Below the pieces are notes generated by a model. It searched no databases. It was not told the DNA's origin and saw only the letters and a program-made list of their open reading frames with translations. Below, piece by piece: positions 1-8,352 of a stretch of DNA of 25,268 nt. Location: IMG/VR virus record IMGVR_UViG_3300030330_003596; one strand, 5' to 3'. Position numbers and translations under genes: made by a program. This stretch comes from an uncultured virus (IMG/VR IMGVR_UViG_3300030330_003596) (taxonomy: Duplodnaviria; Heunggongvirae; Uroviricota; Caudoviricetes). Numbering within the stretch: the stretch's first letter is position 1; each line of letters begins with the position of its first letter.

Positions 1-1
1 G

Positions 2-172
2 ATTGTTACAGAAAAAGTTAAAGTTGCACGTAATCTTTATGAATTATCTGTTGAAGAGTTTCGTGTCAATCAATCAGCGCATAACTATAATATGCTGATT
101 CTTGCTATGGTTTCACTTCAATATTGGAATCAAAAGAGAGTTCGTTTCTTTAGCACAACGGAGGACTTTTGA
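2..172 (+). CDS. hypothetical protein, 5'-truncated by window edge
   Basis: Open frame IVTEKVKVARNLYELSVEEF...FFSTTEDF to TGA 170-172, which overlaps the next ATG (TGATG). Confidence 0.7.
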   Translation: MVTEKVKVARNLYELSVEEFRVNQSAHNYNMLILAMVSLQYWNQKRVRFFSTTEDF

Positions 173-552
173 TGACAAGAGATGCACAAGGTAGACTAAA
201 TTCTCCTAAAGAACAACATTATATTAATTCACAGGAACCTGAACCCGACCATCCATGCGAAAAATGTCAAGGAATAGGTTGGTATAAAGTACCAAACCAT
301 CGTCTTGAAATAATGGAGAATGTCGAATGTATGGATTGTTTGTTAAATCAACAGTTCAAAGACCACTTAAAAGAGGAATTAACCCGCTTGTTAGTGAACA
401 CAAGCCCACAAAAACTTGCTCAAATTGTAGCACAGTTAGTTGTCAATTCGGTGGATAGGAACGAAAATGACGACATTCAACGAATTGAAGGCATCATTCA
501 TACTAAGAATGTAATCAATGCCCTTGCGCTTGCGGAAGCGTATTCACAGTGA
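172..552 (+). CDS. hypothetical protein with Zn-finger (CxxCxGxG...CxxC)
   Basis: CEKCQGIG...CMDC; ATG 172 preceded by GGAGG. Confidence 0.75.
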   Translation: MTRDAQGRLNSPKEQHYINSQEPEPDHPCEKCQGIGWYKVPNHRLEIMENVECMDCLLNQQFKDHLKEELTRLLVNTSPQKLAQIVAQLVVNSVDRNENDDIQRIEGIIHTKNVINALALAEAYSQ

Positions 553-564
553 TAAATGGCTTAT

Positions 565-639
565 GGGCATATGGTGTAATGGATAGCATTTTGGCCTTCT
601 AAGCCGAAGATACGGGTTCGATTCCTGTTATGCCCGCCA
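565..639 (+). tRNA. tRNA-Arg (anticodon UCU), CCA encoded, no intron
   Basis: Acceptor GGGCATA/TATGCCC, discriminator G, CCA 637-639; anticodon arm TTGGC-CTTCTAA-GCCGA; T arm ACGGG-TTCGATT-CCTGT. Confidence 0.96.
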
Positions 640-688
640 TTTATCGCTAATGACCAGCCTTGACCTAACGACGGCCATTTTTGGGGTC

Positions 689-696
689 TTTAAATA
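689..696 (+). promoter_or_regulatory. putative archaeal TATA box
   Basis: TTTAAATA in one of the few intergenic gaps, ~55 nt upstream of ATG 752 and its GAGGA RBS. Confidence 0.5.
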
Positions 697-751
697 CCCT
701 CGACTCGATGTTATTTCAAGGCGCATACACAATCACAAATGAGGAATAAAA

Positions 752-1120
752 ATGTATAGTAAAACAGAAACAATGCAAACTGTTGTTCTTAATGTTCTTT
801 TGAATAATAGGGATGTAAAAATTGCAGAATTTAAGAATGCACTAATTCATGCAGGATTAGTTAAACAAACAGATGAGGCTATGATAAACACAATTCGTGC
901 TCTATTAATTAGTCTGAATAAGTTCTTCAAAAGACACAATGTTCGATTATATATGGACTATGGGCGAGCATTTAAACTCGCATATTCTCCAACAGACGAG
1001 GCAATTAAATTTGCTAATCTTAACTTGAGAGAGAATATGTATGACGAAGAAGGAGAAAATGTTGGGTGGTTTTTTCAACACCCAGTAGCATTAGAAAAAG
1101 AAAGGTTGGAATTAATATGA
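752..1120 (+). CDS. hypothetical protein
   Basis: 122-aa ORF with GAGG RBS; ATGA overlap with next gene. Confidence 0.75.
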   Translation: MYSKTETMQTVVLNVLLNNRDVKIAEFKNALIHAGLVKQTDEAMINTIRALLISLNKFFKRHNVRLYMDYGRAFKLAYSPTDEAIKFANLNLRENMYDEEGENVGWFFQHPVALEKERLELI

Positions 1121-1356
1121 ATAAAAATGTAGAATTTAGAATAATTGACTCAGCAGATATGCCACCATTGGTAATATCGCAGAATGAAAATGATGAACCA
1201 AAAGTGGTGATTAATACTTATCATCGACTTTGGTTAAGTCTTCACCGACGATTAATTGCAGGTATTATTGATGCTCTACCTGAAAAACTAGATATGATTT
1301 TAACTGCATATCTTGAACAACAAAGAGCATACGAAAAGATGGACAGGGTTGAATAA
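1117..1356 (+). CDS. hypothetical protein
   Basis: Start moved to ATG 1117 (MNKNVEF), which overlaps the upstream stop. Confidence 0.7.
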   Translation: MNKNVEFRIIDSADMPPLVISQNENDEPKVVINTYHRLWLSLHRRLIAGIIDALPEKLDMILTAYLEQQRAYEKMDRVE

Positions 1357-1358
1357 AT

Positions 1359-1811
1359 ATGGTAGGAATAACAAAGAAATGCGAGTATTGTGGTAAACTA
1401 TTTACAACTAAAAGCACAAAAACAGCATCATGGGAAAGAAGTTGTTATGAATGCCACACCCATAGAAAGAGAGCGATTCATATTCACAGAACACAGAATA
1501 AACATAATAATCTTGAAATGTCTCTTCGTGATGAAATGGAAAATCTAACGAAGAAAATAACTGATATTGATGTTCTTATTTCTGCGGAAGTAAGTAATGC
1601 TATGTTGAATATGACAGACAATGATATTTTTGAGAAACTCAATGAATCTATCAATAATAGATTAGATAGTCTTGAATCTAAAGTTCAAGAAAAATTGATT
1701 GAGCAAATTGCTAAAATGGAAGAAGAGAACAAAAAGTTCCGAGAAAAAATTCAAAATCAAATAATGATATTGAATAACAAAATTGTAAAAATAATGAAGG
1801 AGATGAAATAA
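1359..1811 (+). CDS. Zn-finger plus coiled-coil protein
   Basis: CEYC...CYEC at the N-terminus, then a long E/K/L heptad-rich helix. Confidence 0.75.
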   Translation: MVGITKKCEYCGKLFTTKSTKTASWERSCYECHTHRKRAIHIHRTQNKHNNLEMSLRDEMENLTKKITDIDVLISAEVSNAMLNMTDNDIFEKLNESINNRLDSLESKVQEKLIEQIAKMEEENKKFREKIQNQIMILNNKIVKIMKEMK

Positions 1812-1925
1812 ATGTTAGGAAAATTAGTTAAAGTAGCGGCATTAACAACAATAGGATTAGCCACAGGATTAATAGGAATAGGATTACTGGCGGCCCTTGA
1901 GGATGCTGATTACCCTTTGGAGTAG
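1812..1925 (+). CDS. 37-aa predicted single-pass membrane microprotein
   Basis: Read manually: MLGKLVKVAALTTIGLATGLIGIGLLAALEDADYPLE; AGGAG upstream; abuts the previous stop. Confidence 0.6.
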   Translation: MLGKLVKVAALTTIGLATGLIGIGLLAALEDADYPLE

Positions 1926-1937
1926 GGTTTGCACTCC

Positions 1938-1945
1938 TTTATATA
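1938..1945 (+). promoter_or_regulatory. putative archaeal TATA box for the Ubl gene
   Basis: TTTATATA ~40 nt upstream of ATG 1984, with GGAG RBS between. Confidence 0.6.
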
Positions 1946-1983
1946 CTTTGGAAGAGTAGAGAAAACACATCGGAGATGATATT

Positions 1984-2190
1984 ATGATTAAGTTAAGAAT
2001 TATGAATGAAACTGGACATACAGAAGTAACTCTCGCAAATAGCGAGGTTATTGACCAAATTGACCGCCACCCAACACATTGGGTCTTTGTTGATGGAGAA
2101 ATCACAAGCCGTGAATCCATTAACGAGATTAACTGGGAAACGGTTCAATCGGTTGATTTAACCCCTGCTATTGTCGGGGGCTATTACTGA
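1984..2190 (+). CDS. ubiquitin-like (ThiS/MoaD/SAMP-type beta-grasp) protein with C-terminal GG-YY
   Basis: 68 aa; MIKLRI...TEVTL strands, VFVDGE, and VDLTPAIVGG matching the ThiS/MoaD ending, followed by YY. Confidence 0.8.
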   Translation: MIKLRIMNETGHTEVTLANSEVIDQIDRHPTHWVFVDGEITSRESINEINWETVQSVDLTPAIVGGYY

Positions 2191-2225
2191 TTGTAATTGT
2201 TTTCACTACTTTTCCAAACCACATT

Positions 2226-2270
2226 GGGGGTAGCGTTAGGAATAATCCTCCTTACGCTATCCCCTTTTTT
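2226..2270 (+). terminator. hairpin plus U-tract terminator
   Basis: GGGGGTAGCGT (2226-2236) pairs with ACGCTATCCCC (2254-2264); inner AGGA/TCCT stem; followed by T6. Confidence 0.75.
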
Positions 2271-2272
2271 GG

Positions 2273-2656
2273 GTGATGACACCCGACCTATTCAATTTTA
2301 TTGACATAAATGGATTAAAAATAATGCTAAACCTCAAAGGATGGAGATATTCCTCCGCTATTGAGATAAATGGTTTAGCAGTAGTAAAGCCCGATTTTTA
2401 CGCAACCCGCCATGTCCTCGCTATGGGCAACAGGGGGTATATTTATGCAGACGGGCAGACTCGGATAGAATACGCAGGGCAAACATTTTCATCAACAGAT
2501 GAATTGTTGAATACTTGCGGTAAAGATGCTATCCTGCATTTTAAGGACTGGGTATTCCTTGAAGAAAAAGAATGGGTGATAACAGACGGAAGCCGTTGGT
2601 TGTCCTCATTTTCAGACCTTTCAGAATTACCTAAAAGAAGTAAATACAGGTGTTAA
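2273..2656 (+). CDS. hypothetical protein
   Basis: 127-aa ORF; start uncertain; no recognised motif. Confidence 0.6.
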   Translation: MMTPDLFNFIDINGLKIMLNLKGWRYSSAIEINGLAVVKPDFYATRHVLAMGNRGYIYADGQTRIEYAGQTFSSTDELLNTCGKDAILHFKDWVFLEEKEWVITDGSRWLSSFSDLSELPKRSKYRC

Positions 2657-2658
2657 AT

Positions 2659-4524
2659 ATGACTCAAGCCCCAAATAAGAAAATTTTATCAGATATTACA
2701 GTTCACATGAAATATGCAAAATACAAGCCCAATGACTTACGAAGAGAAACGTGGGATGAAATTGTAGAAAGAAATATGCAAATGCATATTAAAACTTATC
2801 CGCAACTTGAAAAGGATATTCGTGATGTTTATACTCACTTTGTAAAGACCAAGAAGGTATTGCCTTCTATGCGTTCTATGCAATTCGGTGGTAAGCCAAT
2901 TGAAATTAGCCCTAATCGGGTCTATAATTGTGCTTATATGCCAATTGATACTCACATCGCTTTTAGCGAGGCTATGTTCTTATTGTTAGGAGGAACAGGC
3001 GTAGGCTATTCAGTTCAACGACACCACGTTGAATTGATGACTCCTATTCAACATCCTAATCCAAATCGTCAAAGACGATATTTAGTTAATGATTCAATAG
3101 AAGGTTGGGCTGATGCAGTAAAGATTCTAATGGAATGTTATACTGGTATTAGAACATCTACACCTACATTTGATTATTCTGATATTAGACCAAAAGGTTC
3201 TCTTTTGAAAACTTCTGGTGGAAAAGCGCCAGGCCCACAACCATTAAGAGAATGTCTCGTTAAAATTGAAGGTATGCTTCAAAACATTCCTAATGGTTCT
3301 ATGTTGAAACCAATTCAAGCACATGATATTATGTGCCATATTGCTGATGCTGTTCTTAGTGGAGGGATTAGGAGAGCCGCTATGATTAGTTTATTTTCAG
3401 CAGATGACCATGAAATGATTGCTTGTAAATCTGGTAATTGGTGGGAAAACAATCCTCAAAGAGGAAGAGCAAACAATTCAGCAGTATTACTACGACATAG
3501 AGTAACAAGAGATTTCTTTATGGATTTGTGGAATAGAATTAAAGCATCTGGTTCAGGAGAACCTGGAATTTATTTTAATAATGATAAAGACTGGGGAACA
3601 AACCCATGTTGTGAAATTGCATTACGACCATATCAATTTTGCAACTTAACTGAAGTAAATGCCTCAGATATTATAGACCAAGCAGATTTAGAATCAAGAG
3701 TATCAGCCGCAGCGTTTTTAGGAACATTACAGGCTGGATATACTGATTTTCACTATCTTAGAGAAGTATGGAGAAAGGCAACTGAAAAAGATGCTTTGTT
3801 AGGCGTTTCCATGACAGGTATTGCTTCAAATATTGTTGAAAATCTTGATTTAGAAATGGCCGCCTATGAAGTAAAGAAAGAGAATGAAAAGGTTGCTAAG
3901 TTAATTGGTATTAATCCTGCTTCAAGAACAACCTGTGTAAAACCTGCGGGAACGACTTCTCTTGTTTTAGGAACTTCTTCGGGTATTCATGCTTATCACG
4001 ATGAATATTATATTCGTCGTTTGCGTGTTGGTAAGAATGAAGCAATCTATGGTTATCTTTCTAAGAACCATCCTGAACTGGTTGAAGATGAGTTTTTCAA
4101 TCCGCACGAACAGGCAGTTATTTCAGTTCCACAAAAAGCACCTAAAGGGGCGATTACTCGACATGAATCAGTATTTGATTTATTAGAGCGAGTAAAGAAT
4201 TTTAGTATTCGTTGGGTTCGTGCAGGGCACAATGATGGATTAAATACTCACAATGTTTCCGCTACAATTTCTATTAAAGAAGATGAATGGGAAACAGTAG
4301 CCGATTGGATGTGGCTAAATCGCCACTATTACAACGGCTTATCCGTTTTGCCTTATGATGGCGGAACATATACTCAAGCACCGTTTGAAACCTGTAATAA
4401 AGAAACATATGATAAATTGACTGAATCATTGAAAGATGTTGATTTAACTATGGTTCAAGAATTACAAGATGATACTGACCTATCTGGCGAATTAGCCTGT
4501 GCTGGCGGTGCTTGCGAAATTTAA
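2659..4524 (+). CDS. nrdJ: class II (adenosylcobalamin-dependent) ribonucleotide reductase
   Basis: RRETWDE, LPSMRS, VYNC, GGIRRAA, GEPG, TNPCCEI, CNLTEVN, TTCVKPAGT, C-terminal ACAGGACEI; ATG 2659 follows AGGTG RBS. Confidence 0.95.
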   Translation: MTQAPNKKILSDITVHMKYAKYKPNDLRRETWDEIVERNMQMHIKTYPQLEKDIRDVYTHFVKTKKVLPSMRSMQFGGKPIEISPNRVYNCAYMPIDTHIAFSEAMFLLLGGTGVGYSVQRHHVELMTPIQHPNPNRQRRYLVNDSIEGWADAVKILMECYTGIRTSTPTFDYSDIRPKGSLLKTSGGKAPGPQPLRECLVKIEGMLQNIPNGSMLKPIQAHDIMCHIADAVLSGGIRRAAMISLFSADDHEMIACKSGNWWENNPQRGRANNSAVLLRHRVTRDFFMDLWNRIKASGSGEPGIYFNNDKDWGTNPCCEIALRPYQFCNLTEVNASDIIDQADLESRVSAAAFLGTLQAGYTDFHYLREVWRKATEKDALLGVSMTGIASNIVENLDLEMAAYEVKKENEKVAKLIGINPASRTTCVKPAGTTSLVLGTSSGIHAYHDEYYIRRLRVGKNEAIYGYLSKNHPELVEDEFFNPHEQAVISVPQKAPKGAITRHESVFDLLERVKNFSIRWVRAGHNDGLNTHNVSATISIKEDEWETVADWMWLNRHYYNGLSVLPYDGGTYTQAPFETCNKETYDKLTESLKDVDLTMVQELQDDTDLSGELACAGGACEI

Positions 4525-4533
4525 GGTGATTAA

Positions 4534-4905
4534 ATGAAACTCTTCAAAAATTATGAAGAGTATTTAGAAACAATAACAATAATATGTAGAGACTTATCTG
4601 ATGAATCTCTAAAGAAAATAGGAATGGCAATGAATGTCTGTAATTCTTACATGGATGACGACGAAAAAATATATAGACTAAATACTACTGTGATGAAATG
4701 TCTGTGGGAAATTGAAGAAGCCATTCACATGGGCTTCACTCAATATCTAAAGAAAGAATATGTCAAAATGAGAGCAGCAATAGAATATTATGAGGCAAAC
4801 TGCGAAGACGAAGAAGATTGCCCTTTATGTAAAATTAGAATGGATATGAAAATAAAACTGGGGCATTGGCATGAAAGAGAAGAATCCCAAATATGTCCTC
4901 AATAA
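4534..4905 (+). CDS. hypothetical protein
   Basis: 123-aa ORF, AGGTGA RBS, CPLC near the C-terminus. Confidence 0.7.
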   Translation: MKLFKNYEEYLETITIICRDLSDESLKKIGMAMNVCNSYMDDDEKIYRLNTTVMKCLWEIEEAIHMGFTQYLKKEYVKMRAAIEYYEANCEDEEDCPLCKIRMDMKIKLGHWHEREESQICPQ

Positions 4906-5032
4906 GAGGAGCAATAAACAAATAGCCACACGCTGTCGTGTGTGTGGAGGGCAACTTTTGTTAGCCCACGAAATTAAGAATGAAATACACGATAAGTGTG
5001 ATAATGATGACAAAAATGTCTATATGATGTGA
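4871..5032 (+). CDS. 53-aa Zn-finger microprotein (CxxC...HxxC)
   Basis: Read manually: MKEKNPKYVLNKRSNKQIATRCRVCGGQLLLAHEIKNEIHDKCDNDDKNVYMM; fills the gap before 5037. Confidence 0.65.
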   Translation: MKEKNPKYVLNKRSNKQIATRCRVCGGQLLLAHEIKNEIHDKCDNDDKNVYMM

Positions 5033-5036
5033 TAAT

Positions 5037-6188
5037 ATGAAATTAAGAATAAGTAAGCCCGATGACAGTTCAGGCTATTATGAATGTAATGTTACTTGCG
5101 AAACTTTTTGCTTTGCTCCAGAACAAAGAGTATCTTTCCTTAGACAAGCGAAAGACCCGATTCAAGCAGGACTTGAAAGATTTTGGAGAAATATTATTTC
5201 GCCAAGAAAGAAAAACCGTTGGACAAATCCAAATAGTTTTGATGAACAATTTCACCATATTGTATTCATTGAACAATGTCCTGTTGTTCTATCAAGAGAA
5301 GGCATTCGTTATCAATTAAATGGCAAGTCATACAGTTTAGCAACCATTTGTTCTGCATTAGCAAGAATTACTTACAAGGCTTGTTTTGAAAAGGATGGCG
5401 CAACGCTATTATCTTCATTGTATGCAACACTTGATTTACCAGAAAATGTCAAGTATTGCCTTGAAAATCGTGCTCCTTATCATTTTTATGATAATATGGT
5501 GCAACAAGATGTTCGCTTGAATGTTGTTCAGATTGATGATAAGATGCTTGCTATGGAAATTAGTGATGGTATTTGGGGAGAGATTACTCCTTCCCAATTA
5601 GATTCCTTTTGTAATTTTTATCTTCATGGTAAAAAACGTGGTAGTTGGAAAACATTAGGGCCAAAGAAACTATATACTAAGTTAATGGGTCGTGAACCAT
5701 CGAAGGCGGAGGATAAGGTCATGCGAGCGTTCTTGATGCAAAACCGTATGCAGGATATTGTTGATGCAAGAGCATTAGAATTAGTCGCTGATTTGTTGAA
5801 GCAACACGCTGGAAAGATTGCAGCAAAATATGGTGAAGATGGAACATTGACTACTCTCTTTGTTAGAGGCAAACATTATGATTGGAAACTCACTAACAAC
5901 CGATATAAGTCTGGTATTCAAATGGTATCTACATTTGTATGGCAACCTAATGTCAGTGTTGATGAAAATGAAGAAGGAGAGAAGTTTAAAATATTTACAG
6001 ACCCTAAATGGCAAGGGCCGATTTGTATTGACAATATGGCCGAGGGTTCCCCATTAGGCGACCAATTCGCAACAAGAGCATTAGCACTTATCAATGATTT
6101 TCACACAATAAATATAGTTAATACAATTAGGTCTTATCTTAAGGCTGAACCAAATGAATATAGGATTGATAATAATGATTTGCGATGA
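5037..6188 (+). CDS. hypothetical protein with C-terminal Cys motif (GPICIDN...PLGDQ...ALALIND)
   Basis: 383-aa ORF; function not assignable; see findings. Confidence 0.8.
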   Translation: MKLRISKPDDSSGYYECNVTCETFCFAPEQRVSFLRQAKDPIQAGLERFWRNIISPRKKNRWTNPNSFDEQFHHIVFIEQCPVVLSREGIRYQLNGKSYSLATICSALARITYKACFEKDGATLLSSLYATLDLPENVKYCLENRAPYHFYDNMVQQDVRLNVVQIDDKMLAMEISDGIWGEITPSQLDSFCNFYLHGKKRGSWKTLGPKKLYTKLMGREPSKAEDKVMRAFLMQNRMQDIVDARALELVADLLKQHAGKIAAKYGEDGTLTTLFVRGKHYDWKLTNNRYKSGIQMVSTFVWQPNVSVDENEEGEKFKIFTDPKWQGPICIDNMAEGSPLGDQFATRALALINDFHTINIVNTIRSYLKAEPNEYRIDNNDLR

Positions 6189-7032
6189 ATGTGGTTGTAA
6201 AGAGAATGTTTTTGACGAAACTCTTGGAGAAAGAGTTTGTGCTCAATGTGGCTTAGTTTTAGTTCAAGAATTGTTTGAAGAAACAGTTCATATTTTGGAT
6301 AAAGTAGGTAATGTTAAGCACTCACCAGATAAAGGCAAACTGGGTTCAGTTATTACTGGTAAAGGTTCTTTCAAGTTTAATAAGTTCGGAAAGAATAGTG
6401 TCATCCCTCAACATATTCAAAAGGGATTGATGCATTGTAATATGGTTTTATCCCATGTTGCACCGAACCTAAAATTAAATGATAGAGTTGAGAAACTGTA
6501 TATGGAAGTCCATAACAAAAACATCTTTGGTAGGAGTAGTTATGAATCGAGAGCAACGGCTCTTGTTTTCTATGCGTTAAAAGAAAACGGAACACCTCAT
6601 CCTATGAAAGATGTTATGGCTGAATTTAATCCTAATGAAAAGTCTGTGAAAAGGCTCGTTAGGAAAATTAATCAGTTATATCGCAATAGTGCAAACTACA
6701 CTCCAATTAATCCTCAATACCAACTTGAGCAGACCTTATCTAAGGTAAGTGATGATTTGGAATTTAGGAGACAATGTTTGAAAGTATTGGAGTTCTTTGA
6801 AGCAAAAGTAGAAAAGAACACCTTTAACAAGGGCAGGTCATACTATGCAGCAATTATTTGGATTGCTGCTAAGATGAATGTCAATACTTCAATCAAAGAT
6901 AAATTACTCTCCGAGAAAACAGGATTCTCTCGGTGGGTTATTTGGAGACAGACCAAAGAAATACTTGGCATGGTTGGTCTTGAAAATGCCAGTCAAGTAA
7001 AAGGAAAACAATTAAGTGAATTAGGTGAATAA
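6175..7032 (+). CDS. tfb: transcription initiation factor IIB (TFB)-like protein
   Basis: Zn ribbon CDECG...GERVCAQCGLV; two cyclin-like repeats with GRSSYESRATALVF and KGRSYYAAIIWIA; C-terminal HTH (LSEKTGFSRWVI). Confidence 0.85.
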   Translation: MICDECGCKENVFDETLGERVCAQCGLVLVQELFEETVHILDKVGNVKHSPDKGKLGSVITGKGSFKFNKFGKNSVIPQHIQKGLMHCNMVLSHVAPNLKLNDRVEKLYMEVHNKNIFGRSSYESRATALVFYALKENGTPHPMKDVMAEFNPNEKSVKRLVRKINQLYRNSANYTPINPQYQLEQTLSKVSDDLEFRRQCLKVLEFFEAKVEKNTFNKGRSYYAAIIWIAAKMNVNTSIKDKLLSEKTGFSRWVIWRQTKEILGMVGLENASQVKGKQLSELGE

Positions 7033-7225
7033 AATGGGAAAGATGAGTCAATTAAGTGCTATGCTGGATGATGGAGTATCTACAAATCATATTGCAGAAT
7101 GGCTTTTTAGTCTAAAGGTTCAGCGTGGTGAAGATATAAATGAGAATACTAAATTTGAATGCCTTCATTTAGCGAAGAAGTTTAAACATGAGTATCTTCG
7201 AGATAAACCAAGTGAGGAGGAATAA
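7025..7225 (+). CDS. hypothetical protein
   Basis: 66-aa ORF in tight operon spacing; start could be ATG 7034. Confidence 0.6.
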   Translation: MNKMGKMSQLSAMLDDGVSTNHIAEWLFSLKVQRGEDINENTKFECLHLAKKFKHEYLRDKPSEEE

Positions 7226-7227
7226 TA

Positions 7228-7578
7228 GTGATTAGAACAAGAGCAAGTGATATTTATAATTTAGGTATAATCTATGCTTGTAAAGATGTTTATGAAAGCA
7301 AATTACTAACAGACGAAGAATATGATGGTCTTCCTGAAAGACACTCAGAAAGAGCAGTTCCTAACGAAATAAAAAGCAAACTAGATTATCATAATAAATT
7401 GTATAGTTTTTTAGACACGAATCGTGATTCTCCTAGTTTTCCAAATCTATTGGAGTATAGGTCTTTTCATAGAACTATGCAAGCGAGATTAATTAGAAAC
7501 AACCCTATGTATCAAAGCACTTACCCTACCATTGAATCTTTTAGATTATATGGAGAATACAATAACAGAACGGAGTGA
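7228..7578 (+). CDS. hypothetical protein
   Basis: 116-aa ORF, GTG start after GAGGAGG. Confidence 0.65.
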   Translation: MIRTRASDIYNLGIIYACKDVYESKLLTDEEYDGLPERHSERAVPNEIKSKLDYHNKLYSFLDTNRDSPSFPNLLEYRSFHRTMQARLIRNNPMYQSTYPTIESFRLYGEYNNRTE

Positions 7579-7582
7579 TAAA

Positions 7583-7906
7583 ATGTTTGAAAAAGAATGG
7601 AATAGAATAGCAAAGAAAGTATATAAGAATGCAGTTAATCATGGCTTCTGGAAAGATGAAGTAAATGATGGCGAAAGAATGGCTTTAATCCACGCTGAAA
7701 TAAGCGAAGCATTGGAGGCTTTGCGTGAAGGTAATCCTTCATCAAATAAGATAATTGAATTTACTAATCTTGAAGAAGAATTAGCCGATGCAGTAATTCG
7801 TATTATGGATTACGCCTTTGGTAAAGACTTAGATGTTGCAGGAGCAATTATCGCAAAGATGGACTATAACGAAAGCCGTGAATTTATGCATGGCAAAACT
7901 TTTTGA
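7583..7906 (+). CDS. MazG-like nucleotide pyrophosphohydrolase
   Basis: ALIHAEISEALEALR...EEELADAVIRIMD...KMDYNESR (ExxE/EExD all-alpha NTP-PPase); start moved to MFEKEW after GGAGTG. Confidence 0.85.
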   Translation: MFEKEWNRIAKKVYKNAVNHGFWKDEVNDGERMALIHAEISEALEALREGNPSSNKIIEFTNLEEELADAVIRIMDYAFGKDLDVAGAIIAKMDYNESREFMHGKTF

Positions 7907-7916
7907 GGGAATCAGC

Positions 7917-8189
7917 ATGAAGAAAAAAATGAGTTTTGAAGAAATGATTACAGAACTACAAAATAGAGGAACTCAAGTTATTACAGCAGATGCGTGTATG
8001 TGCGCTAAATGCGTAGAGAGAAGAAAAAAGCATGGAACAATACCAATGAGGGTTGTTCCTGAAAAATCAGATGACCCTATTCAGGAAGCAAACAGAAAAA
8101 TGGCTATTGATTTAATGACCACTACTATGCGTAAAACTAAACAAGCACAAAGAAAAAGAAAACAAAGAAAGAAAAAGAAGGAGGAATAA
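7917..8189 (+). CDS. basic hypothetical protein with CxCxxC
   Basis: Start moved to MKKKMSF after GAGGG; CMCAKC; Lys/Arg-rich tail. Confidence 0.6.
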   Translation: MKKKMSFEEMITELQNRGTQVITADACMCAKCVERRKKHGTIPMRVVPEKSDDPIQEANRKMAIDLMTTTMRKTKQAQRKRKQRKKKKEE

Positions 8190-8191
8190 AT

Positions 8192-8350
8192 ATGAACGAT
8201 AAACAATTAATTTTTGAACTAGAACAACTAATAGAATATATTAGAGATGTCGGAAGAAAGGAAAAAAGAAAAGAAGTATCTGGTTTTTTCTTATCCATTA
8301 TGGAAAAAGTATTGACACCAGAAGAATACCTTGAATGGAGAGGTGAATAA
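8192..8350 (+). CDS. 52-aa hypothetical protein
   Basis: Read manually: MNDKQLIFELEQLIEY...TPEEYLEWRGE; strong GGAGG RBS. Confidence 0.65.
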   Translation: MNDKQLIFELEQLIEYIRDVGRKEKRKEVSGFFLSIMEKVLTPEEYLEWRGE

Positions 8351-8352
8351 TT

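Noticed and set aside
1885..1937. GC-richer stretch as a structured ncRNA (CCCTTTGGAG also occurs at 21628)
   Set aside because: It lies mostly inside the 37-aa ORF and the short match may be chance
2659..4524. Intein or intron in RNR (and in ligase, RFC or PolB)
   Set aside because: Lengths are compact, motifs are contiguous, and there are no intein junction motifs
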